From Octopus sinensis (Eukaryota), in contig NC_043010.1 of NCBI RefSeq assembly GCF_006345805.1, positions 33,108,001-33,172,000 on the forward strand: a stretch of 64,000 bases of DNA, read 5' to 3'. Within the stretch, counting starts at the first letter, position 1; every line of letters starts with the position of its first letter. Below are positions 25,561 to 35,586 of the stretch, one piece after another. The notes under the pieces were generated by a model. It was not told the DNA's origin, ran no database searches, and saw nothing but the letters and a program-made list of their open reading frames with translations. A program made the position numbers and the translations under genes.

Positions 25561-26360
25561 GTGGTGAGGAATTACGAAAAATTCACCAGAGTCCACTTCA
25601 ATTCGTCTTAACTTTCAAGAAAATGGATATTTTCTGATGAAATTCTCTATAAATATACCGAGGAATAGGAATTGGGGGGGGGCTTAATTTTGAGAACTGT
25701 TCCCCATAAGGGGGTGTTTCGAAACACGTCGCCCGTATTCTTTTCTTTTTCTCCGTTTTGAACGTTTGTGCACCGTAGATTTCTACTGACGCAACAAACA
25801 AGCAAAGAAACCCTCACTAGAAAACTAAAAATAACAGCTAAAGGTCTGGTACACAGAAATATATTAAGACGATTTATCTGTTGCATACGATTTTTTTTCA
25901 CTTCAAGTAAATTCCCGGGTAAACGTTTCTAATAGAAAGGCAGAAGACACCAGAAGCAAAAATAAGGAATATACATGCACAGTTAAATATATAAGTGTAA
26001 AGTATAATTTGTTACATAATTTCTATAATAAACATGATACTCAATGGAATAATTCCTCGTTTGAACTTGTTTAATTACATGTGTGTGTGTGTGTGTGTGT
26101 GAATGATAGAAATCGATGGATGCACAAAACGGAGAAAATGTAACAAATATGGACGACTTGTTGTGAAATACCCCTTTGTGAGGAACAGTTCTCAAAAATA
26201 ACCCCCATTTGTTTTCCTCTCCAAAACTCCTGTGTCCTCGGAATCTACATAGTCCGAGGTATATTTGTAGAGAATTTCATTACAAAAATATCCATTTTCT
26301 TGAAAGTTAAGACGAATTGAAGTGAACTCCGGTGGATTTTCCGAAATTCCTCACCCCACA
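25561..26360. repeat. Long imperfect inverted repeat (arms ~25561-25785 and ~26107-26360)
   Basis: cacttcaattcgtcttaactttcaagaaaatggatattt versus aaatatccattttcttgaaagttaagacgaattgaagtg. Related modules near 3590, 3750, 19390, 25465. Confidence 0.9.
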
Positions 26361-27109
26361 TATTTCTGGAGAAGAAGAATTAGGTAAAGCAGTTAAGGTG
26401 GGGTTAGGGATCAGACAGAGGAAAGACAGAATGGGTAGTGAGAGGAGGAGGTAGAGATGAACTTGAGTGTAGGTGATATGCAACTTGCTAGTCCTGAAGG
26501 ACAGTGGCTATTGTAGTAGATGTAGAAGAGGCAGAGTGATGAAATAGGTTGTGTGTGAGTTAGAGGTTCATGAGTGAGTTTTTGCTAATCAATCAGATGG
26601 ATTGTACCTTTGTTAGCAATCAGTGGCAATGGAGCGAGTGACAAGCACAATAGGGAGCTTGCAACATTTTGTTGTTGTCTTTCATATTCTAACCTCAAAC
26701 CCCAGAATGACTCCAGGTAACCATAGAGCATGTCCTTGGATTTTTTCAACCAATTATATTAACATTTGCTTCAAACATTCAGAATCATGAGGGCAGAATT
26801 TCTCTGGGGTTCTGAGACATTTAAATAACTGAAAGTACAAAACAACTCCCTGAATATAGTGCTGGTACATTGCAGTGTTATCCACCAATTGTTGTTGCTT
26901 CTTCTCATTCTTAGCCGAATGGACAGGAACAAAGTAAAATGAAAGGCCTTGTTCAAGGACACAGTATGCTACCCAGTCCAAGAATTAAACCCATAAGCTA
27001 ACAATCTTGAGCCCAACACCCCTAACCATTATACCATATGTTTTCAGACACCACCTTCACTTTTCTCTTACATTTTCTAATGCCTTGTTGTTGTTTTCAT
27101 GTCTTTCAG

Positions 27110-27216
27110 GGAATATATTGAACATCACCTTTTGGATTTCACTCGTGAAAACCCTGGTATTGTGGTTTACTTAAAGCCAAGAAGACACAGAACTGCTAGA
27201 CTCCAAGCAGAATATT
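27110..27216 (+). CDS. MRPL43: MRPL43 coding exon 2 (107 nt)
   Basis: Acceptor ttcag|[36 protein letters not shown]. Donor T|gtaag. Phases 2 and 1 join in frame with both neighbours. Confidence 0.95.
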
Positions 27217-27889
27217 GTAAGGAAACTCTTAAAAAATTTTGATAAACAGCAAACAAATGGTACTATCTTCTACACACTGTAATCACAGAAAAACACAACT
27301 TAACAAAATTGAATAAGATTAGAATGTATGAGATAATATAGACCTACATAACCCAAACAAGACAGGATGGTTATGGCTGGAATGCATTTGATTATAGACT
27401 CAATCAGGGCTCACCTAAGGCTAGACAACAATCTTAAATGTCCTCTGTGATAAGCTAGTAAGGGAATATTGTCACTCAACTCCTAGAAGTAGCATCAAAT
27501 CCCCTCAAATCATACCTCACTGTCATAAAAAACAGGGACACTTTTGTTAGTGTAACCCTAAATAGATGCCCCTCACACTTTTAAATGAAAAATACTACAC
27601 AGATGAATCTGATATCTTACCTTAGCTATATAGCTACAGAATGCATGTTATTGTCAGTCTTTTTCACTGTCAACTTACTATTACTGCTCACAATGAAATT
27701 TCAGTTTTGTCTTCTTTACTTGCTGAGTCTAAAGGACAGTACAGTACATACAACCTTTGTAAGACCTGAGATTCATATTGTTAATGTTCCAATTAAACTG
27801 TTGCAAGTCAGCATCTATCAGAAAGACATGACCAGAGAGGAGATTCCGGAAGGATGATATACTAGGGAGGAAGGACTGAATAACAACTG

Positions 27890-28495
27890 GCACCTGGCAG
27901 TTGCCAGGGCCACTGGACTGACTCCTGTGCAGGTGGCAAGTAAAGAAATACCGTTTCGACCCTGTGCTTGAGGAGATCTATGAGTCAAGTACACCAACAT
28001 CAAAAATCATTAGAAACTGCAATTGTGATCCCTGTGCTGGTGGCACGTAAAAAGCACCATCTGAACGTGGCCGATGCCAGCGCCGCCTAGACTGGCTTCC
28101 GTGCCAGTGGGACATAAAATGCACCATCCAGACGTAGCCAATGCCAGCGCCGCCTAGACTGGCTTCCGTGCCGGTGGCACGTAAAAAGCACCATCCGAAC
28201 GTGGCCAATGCCAGCGCCGCCCTGACTGGCCGCCGTGCCGGTGGCACGTAAAAAGCACCAATTTGATCGTGGCCGTTGCCAGCCTCGCCTAGCACCTGTG
28301 CCAGTGGCACGTAAAAAGCACCCACTACACTCACGGAGTGGTTGGCGTTAGGAAGAGCATCCAGCTGTAGAAACACTGCCAGATCAGACTGGAGCCTGGT
28401 GCAGCCTTCTGGCTTCCCAGATCCCCGGTCGAACCGTCCAACCCATGCTAGCATGGAGAGCAGACGTTAAACAATGATGATGATGATGATGATGA
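27890..28495 (+). mobile_element. RTE 3' UTR with ~67-bp tandem array (5 motif copies) and (GAT)n tail
   Basis: Repeated gtgccggtggcacgtaaaaagcacc units at ~28033-28322, then the shared RTE tail. Confidence 0.88.
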
Positions 28496-29360
28496 GAGTA
28501 ATAATGATTTCAAATTTTGGTTCAAGGGCAACAATTTTAAGGGAAGGGGTTATTAAATTACACCGGCTCCAATACTTGACTAGTACTTTATTTTACTGAC
28601 CCTGAACGGATAAAAGGCTAAGTTGACCATAGAAGAATTTGAACTCAGAACATAAGGCCACAAGAAATGCTGCTAAGTGTTTTGTTTAACACTAATGATT
28701 CTAATAAGAACGATAATCTTTTGTTACTAAGTTGCAAATTTTTAGGAGACTGTCATATGATTGAATTGACACATACATAAGTGGAGTTTAATATTTATGG
28801 ACTGCTAAAAAATGAAAGGCAAAACACCATAGAGAACGCAAAACTAAACGCTTAATTGTATTTAAAGTACTTAAGAAAAGGGTGTCAAGAAATAGAGGCA
28901 GGAAAGTTATGATGATATATGTGTGAATATGTAATCTTTTGAACAAGTATCAAACAGAGTTATCCCACTTACTACAGATATCTGACTAACAAACTAAATT
29001 CTAGAGAGATGGTAAAAAGTAGTTTGTCTATAAAAATATGAAGACCTTTTAGTTTGAAATCTTGACTGAGTTGGCTCCTTAAACAAACAACTGATGGTTA
29101 CCCTAAAAGCAAAATCCTTTCAGTTGTGCCGAACCAACAGGAAAATTTATCAATATAATTTGTTGTGTCTCCATCTCTGAGTTTCTCCATTCTTCTAAGG
29201 GTAATAACTTTGATCATATTGATTGCAGCTTACTGTGTTGTCTGTCATATGACAGATAATGTTGAAATATACTTTCACCACTGTTGATGCTAACATCCAT
29301 CATTAATTGATTGTTAAACAGTATTACTGGAATCGATATTCATTGCATATATAGAATAGG

Positions 29361-29632
29361 TGCAGACATGGCTGTGTGGTAAGACGTGTGCTTTGCAACC
29401 AGATCATTTCAGATTCAGTCCCAGTGTGACACCTTGGGCAAAAATCTTCTATAACCCCTGGTCAACCAAAGCCTTGTGAGTGAATTTTGTAGACAGAAAC
29501 AGAAAGAAGTCCATCATAGATGTGTGTGTGTTACTGCCACCTTGCCTTGACATCACATGATATCCACCTTTACAAATTCCATCCAGCTCATGCAAGTATG
29601 GAAAAGTGGATATTAAAACAATGATGATGATA
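29361..29632 (+). mobile_element. SINE with the 18640-type head and an RTE-type tail
   Basis: Head atggctgtgtggtaag..caccttgggcaa..caaagccttgtgagtg. Tail catgcaagtatggaaaagtggatattaaaacaatgatgatga. Confidence 0.75.
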
Positions 29633-29726
29633 AACAAATGAGAAATTTTGTTTTATCTAATTTTACTTTAATTTAATAAGTATTTTTATTTTAAAAACTA
29701 GTATTCTTTTTATTATTTTATATGAG

Positions 29727-29909
29727 TAAGGCTGCAAGCTAGCAGAATGTAGACCAAGCAAAATGCTTAACAGCATTTCATCCATTTTTACTTTCTGAGT
29801 TCAAATTCCACCAAGGCCGATAAATTAAGTACCAGTGAAACACTGGGGTCGATGTATTCGACTAGTCCTCTCCCCAAAAATTTCAGGCCTTGTGCCTTTA
29901 GTAGAAAGG
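29727..29909 (+). mobile_element. SINE with 15-bp TSD; related minus-strand copies at ~28500-28705 and ~30460-30640
   Basis: attattttatatgag at 29712-29726 and 29910-29924. B box gagttcaaattcc, gataaattaagtaccagt..ctggggtcgat module. Confidence 0.85.
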
Positions 29910-31723
29910 ATTATTTTATATGAGCACCATGAAAATTGAATTAACTAATATTATTACTGTATCTGAGTAACATTACCTTGATGTTTCCAATATTACTTGT
30001 CATATGACATAACATTTATCATCATCGGTTTTTATTTCTGTTTTTCCATGCCAGCATGGGTTACACCAATTTCTATTAGGGCAGTTTTTCTATTACCAGG
30101 TGATCTTCCTGTTACCAATCCTTCCTTGTTTTTCCAGTAAGGTATTTGATCTCCCACATGGGGCCACTACATTTTTAAACTTTTATTTTCTGGAAAATGC
30201 AAACACCAATGCTTTTGTTCAGATAGTATTAGCAATATTTCAATATTCACACACACAAACACATGATGGGCTTCCATGCAGTTTCCATCTGCCAGTTTTC
30301 TCTCAAGTCCAAAGTGCCATACAATAGAATGAAACCCAAAATCTCATGGTCATACCTGTACCTCTTTTTTTATATCAAATCCTAGTAATCTTAAGGCCTA
30401 TACCTGGTTTCCAAGATCCTAACATTCCCCCTTAACAAGACACTGATTCATTACAAGGTTCAAGGCCTGTAATTTTGAGAGGACGGGTAAGTCAATTACA
30501 TCAACCACAGTACTTCATCCAAAGGGATGAAGGGCAAAGTTAACCTGAAAGGGGTTTGAAATCAAAACATAAAGTGCCAGAAGAAATTCCAATAAGCATT
30601 TTGTCGCACATGTTAATGATTCAGCCAGCTCACTGCCCTTCTACTTCTTATACTTTAGTAGAAAACAAATGACTCTCCAATTATATGTAATGGCTGTAAC
30701 TGAACATTGAAACCTTGTAGAAGAAAACTGCAATTCAGTATGTGTCGGGACATAAATTTTAGCTCCAAGCAAAGTGGTAAAATGCTGTTATAGCAGTTGT
30801 TGACTTAGCTTCAGATCAGCCCTAATCAAGGAAACATCATCAAAGACATTCCAGCCATGTCACTTCCACCCCCACCCCTAATCAATCCATACCAGGGATA
30901 CATTATTCAACATGTATTTCCTTTTTTTAAGACAGTCAGATGAAATTTTTGATTCACCTGCTATTTCTAGCACAAGGAAAACAATACTTGATGCATGCAA
31001 AGGATAAATATATTTTCTGTTTCATTAAAGTAATCACTACATCAAATGTAAATCCATATTAATTAAGAGTTAGAAGAAAGTAGAAGAAAGACTAAAACAA
31101 TGGATATGGTAAGATTTGAGGGAAAATTATCTACTATTTCTCGCACATTGAGCAACCATATAGAGGTTTCCAATATATATTCTAAAATTAGTTTCAAGTT
31201 CAGCCTTATTGCATGACAACCCAGGCTGAACAAAACCTTGTGAGTAGATTTGATAGAGTGAATCTGAAAGAAACCTGTCATATGCATGTTTATATCTTGT
31301 TAACAATGTCACCATCACACTGACAGTGTTCTTCATTTGCAATATTCTGTAAAAAAGTTGTCCACCCATGGGAAAATATTATCTTTCTTGGAAACATTTA
31401 TAGCTTGGAGACAAGAAGGGTATCCAACCATAGAAAATTTGGCTCAACAAATTCTGTCTGACACATGCAAGCATGGGAAAGTGGATACATGTGTAAATAT
31501 ATAAACATACATACATGCATGCATGCATGAATGACAAACAGACAGACAGACAGGCTTCCTACAGTTTACATCTACCAATTCCTCTCAGCATTAGTCAGTT
31601 CGGGACTATTGTAGAAAACATTTGCTCCCCAAAATGCCACACAGTGGAGCCAAATCCAAAACCACATGGTTACAATGTAAACTTCATAACCATACATTCT
31701 TGCCTCTCCCTCTCTATTTCTTA

Positions 31724-31960
31724 TCATCATCATCATTTAACATCCGTTGTCCATGCTGGCATGAATAGGACAGTAAGCTGAGGGGCTGCACCTGCCTCCA
31801 GTCTGATTTGGTATGGTTTCTGCAGCTGGATGCCCTTCCTAATGCCAACCACTCCCAGAGTGTAATAGGTTCTTTTACATGACACCAACACATGACTATG
31901 ATTTCACTTGACTTGATGGGTCTTCTTCTCAAGCACGGTATATTGCTAAAGGTCTTGGTC
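31724..31960 (-). mobile_element. RTE 3' UTR fragment
   Basis: tcatcatcatcatttaacatccgtt..cagctggatgcccttcctaatgccaaccactcc is the reverse complement of the RTE tail. Confidence 0.85.
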
Positions 31961-32132
31961 ATTTGTCATTACTCTCTTTGTTTCTCTTTCTCTTCATTCA
32001 CACACACACATGCACACTAGCCTTTAAAAACATATACCAAAACAAAGTAACATTATAAGTTTATAGTCTTAATATTATAATACATATATATATATATATA
32101 TAATTTTCTCTCTTTCTCTGTCTTTCTGCCAG

Positions 32133-32431
32133 TAAATGGATACTTTGAATCATTCAACACCCATAACAAAGACAAAGATGAAATCAGTAAATGGATGGAA
32201 TTAATGAGGACAAGATCTGGTGTTCAGATAAAACGTATTCGTAAACCATGGCACACAGAAAATCCCAGCATTCAAGGTGTATGGCATTCATTCGCCAATA
32301 AAAGCCCTTCTCTTAATGTTACTGAATTTCCAGATAAAGAACTTGGAAAGTGTTTCAAATCAAAAATGTCTGCAACAGATTATTTATTGTCTCTGAAGGA
32401 GGAAATTTCAAAGGAGAAAACTTCACAATAG
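32133..32431 (+). CDS. MRPL43: MRPL43 coding exon 3 (terminal)
   Basis: Polypyrimidine tract then ccag|. LNGYFESF..RSGVQIKRIRKPWHTENPSIQGVWHSFANK. Stop TAG 32429-32431. Spliced CDS 537 nt = 178 aa. Confidence 0.95.
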
Positions 32432-32445
32432 AACTTTATTCATTT

Positions 32446-32451
32446 AATAAA
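32446..32451 (+). terminator. Candidate polyadenylation signal of MRPL43
   Basis: AATAAA just after the stop, followed by a T/GT-rich tract at ~32495-32540. Confidence 0.65.
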
Positions 32452-33254
32452 ATCCAATCATTATTTTGTAAGCATAAAATTTGATATTCAATAGTTTTTT
32501 TTTTTTGTTTTTTGTTCTTCTTGTTTTTTTCTTGTTTTGTCTCATGTCTGTCCTGTCAGAGTAGACCCATGACCAAAGATATTCTTGCTCTGGCCATTCC
32601 ATCTTTAAGACTATGCAAGACTACAATAGAGTGCAAACTAAGGGAAATTTGACTGCTATTTATAGTAGGTTAAACAACCATTTGAGACTCCCTTGAGTTG
32701 TTATGATGTGATTATCTTGAGTTTAGTCTTCTTTTGGTCATTAGGAGTGTTTCAATAGTCTCTGCTCATGTGTTCCATTTGAGTGATTAATTAATGTTAG
32801 ATCTTTCTAACTATAAAATCACTGCCAGTCAAAGAGTCACTGGTTCAGATCTATTTACTGACACTTCTCCATGTTTTAGTCAAACACACTGAATTCTACA
32901 TAGCCTTGACCACTGGGCTCTAAATAGTCTTGGAAACAGTTTTTAAGTTATTCAATAAGACAAATATTCAAAACTTGCTGTGAGGCTACCCTGACAGTTA
33001 CTGAACTCAAAACAGTATGGTTGGAGACTTAATAATATATAGAGCACATTAATGGGAATTTTCGTTTCATCATTGGCACATACAGAGTGTGATATTACTT
33101 TCATCGTTTCAACATCATCTATGTAGCTAGCAGAATAAGGATTTAGATACAACATCATGAAAAAGCTATTTGACTGACCTCTCTCATTGCTTTAACAAAT
33201 GACAGTTCAGTAAGACACAGCTGCATAGTGTTCGTAGTTCAATGTTTCCACTGC

Positions 33255-33675
33255 ACTGTGTAGTTAAAAAGCTTGCTTCCAACTATGTGGTTATGGATTC
33301 ATTATCACTGTGTGGCACTTTGGGTAAGTGTCTTCTACCATAACCCTAGATTGATCAAAGCCTAGTGAGAAGACAGGATTGAGGGAAATTGAAAGAAGCC
33401 CATCTTATACACGTGTGTGTGTATACAACTTGTCTTGATATCATGTGATGGTTGTAAATGAGCATCACCATACTACAAGTAAGGGTGTTCATTTCCAATC
33501 TTCCAATGCTGGTATGTTTATGTCCCCATAACTTAGTGGTTCAGCAAAAGAAACTGAGAGAATAAGTATCAGAATTAAAAAGAAATAAACACTGGGGTCG
33601 AGACATTCAACTAAAAATTCTTCAAGGCAGTGCCCCAGCATGTCTGTAGTTTAATGACTGAAACAAGATAAAAGA
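33255..33675 (+). mobile_element. Diverged SINE (18640 family)
   Basis: Same head and ccagcatg..tgactgaaacaagataaaag tail. Confidence 0.75.
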
Positions 33676-34142
33676 AATATGTATGTGTGTGTGTATATAT
33701 ATATATACACACACACGTGTACTATAAGGCCATTTAGCACTTTAGCAGTTCATCTAAGATAAAGTAACTCCATGCAAATTCCAGGCACTTTTTGCACTAG
33801 ACCAATAAGACTACATCTCAAAAACTGGCCTTTCTTTTCAAAGTCAAAAAATACTTCAAACCCAACAGTGACTACCTCACTACAAAACTCCTGTAAGATT
33901 CACCATGGGATACTGCTACCCCATCTGGAGTATTGCTGATGCTATACACCCAGACATTCTGAACAGCATCCAGAGAAAAACCACTCAACTGGCACAAAGT
34001 TGCTCACCAACACACATGAATATTTGGTCCCACTGACCCGGTGCTGACTTTCTCCACCTCTTCTCCTACTCAACAGTGACCTCTGCTGGTTGATTCAATA
34101 CTATTGCTCCTCCTTTGTTTCTCTTTCTTTCATCACCATATT

Positions 34143-34473
34143 AGTGAAGGCACATGGCTCAGTGATTAGAGCGTCGATCTTACGATTGTGAGTTCAAATC
34201 TTGGACCGGGCTACGTGTTGTGTTCTTGAACAAGACACTTTATTTCACGCTGCTCCAGTTCACCCAGCTGTAGAAATGAGTTGCGACATCACAGGTGCCA
34301 AGCTGTATCGGCTCTTGCCTTTCCCTTGGATAACACTGGTGACGTGGAGAGGGGAGGCCGGTATGTATGGGCGACTGCTGGTCTTCCATAAAAACAACCT
34401 TGCCCAGACTTGTGCCTCAGAGGGTAACTCTAGGTGCAAGCCCATGGTCAGTGTCTGACCGAAGACGGTCACA
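34143..34473 (+). mobile_element. tRNA-derived SINE with 12-bp TSD, inserted in a decayed LINE fragment (~33720-34600)
   Basis: catcaccatatt at 34131-34142 and 34474-34485. A box tggctcagtga, B box gagttcaaatc. Flank reads YKTPVRFTMGYCYPIWS (CR1/L2-like). Confidence 0.85.
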
Positions 34474-35429
34474 CATCACCATATTGTATCCAACTACTGT
34501 ACCCAGTTCTATCTCCTAGAACTTCTCTAGAATACCTCCCCTGCATATGCTTTATTTTATTTTTTTCCCCTCAATCTGCAAGTTTAAACAGGACATTAAA
34601 GCATTAATTTCCCTTCATGTAGGCTCTGCTAACAAAAAAACTGTGATGTTTTTTTTCCATTAATTTTTTTTTTAATCCGCAATTTTTATAAGAATATTTC
34701 AATAATTGTAGAATGTCTTTCAAAAACAGTCCACCCTTCTTGCTTAGAAAGCATGTATTCTGGAATAAAATATAACTACTTTTTGGGACTTGAGAAAGGA
34801 AATTAGTGCTGAGTGAATCCAAAGCTCAGTCTTTGATGACCTGACAGCAAAACAATATTTATATATTCAATTTTTTTCCCATAATTTTGATTTCTCCTTA
34901 CACCTTAATATACACTCAAGATAGAATTTAATAATAACTAACAAAAAAACTTATTTGTTGAATTCATTTAAAATAGAAATAATTTTCTACAAGAAAAGAA
35001 ACTCATGCCAATACATATATAACACCTTCACATGTGAGTCAGTTTCTCTGTGTTTAATGATCTGAAATATAAGGGTATGCAGAACATTAACTATTCCTCT
35101 CACAAAGGTCGCAGATTTTTTTTTGTTTTTGTTTTTGAAAGCAGTTGTAAGGCATACTGGGCATATGCATATCTTTCCTTGAGGAAAATAATTGAAAGTT
35201 ATTTTTATAGATAAATTGAGTATTTTGAGTTTGTTTTAAAATAATATGAATCATTAAAAATCGGGAACGTAAAGTCAACATTTAATAAACATAAGGAATT
35301 ACATGTAACGTATATTATTTAAAATAGTTAATGTTTTCTGTCTGAGAAAATGTTGCAGTAATATTGTCTATATAAATCGAATCTAAAGAGTGTATGAAGA
35401 TCTGATACGAAACTATGAATCAGTCTACA

Positions 35430-35586
35430 ACTTCCGGTTCAGGTTTTTCGTCTCTGCCATATAAAAAGCTGACGTTCTTCTGTAATTTCGTTAGTCAGGG
35501 GTAGAAGATAACATAAAACAGGCAGCGAAATTATTGTTCGCTACCTGAGTGTGAGTCAGTGTCTATAGGAACTCTCCTCCTAACAG
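35430..35586 (+). promoter_or_regulatory. Probable ELOC promoter and non-coding first exon
   Basis: ETS-like cttccgg at 35431, TATAAAA at 35460, strong donor CAG|gtaaga at 35586/35587, locally raised CpG. The first coding exon of ELOC begins with an acceptor, so an upstream exon is required. Confidence 0.5.

Noticed and set aside
25634-25645. Other CTGATGA hits (also ~44042, ~51008, ~60944) as hammerheads or C/D boxes
   Set aside because: No stem II plus GAAA and no paired box with terminal stem.
28033-28322. CRISPR-like array
   Set aside because: The intervening segments are homologous to each other, so this is a tandem repeat in an RTE UTR in eukaryotic DNA with no cas genes.
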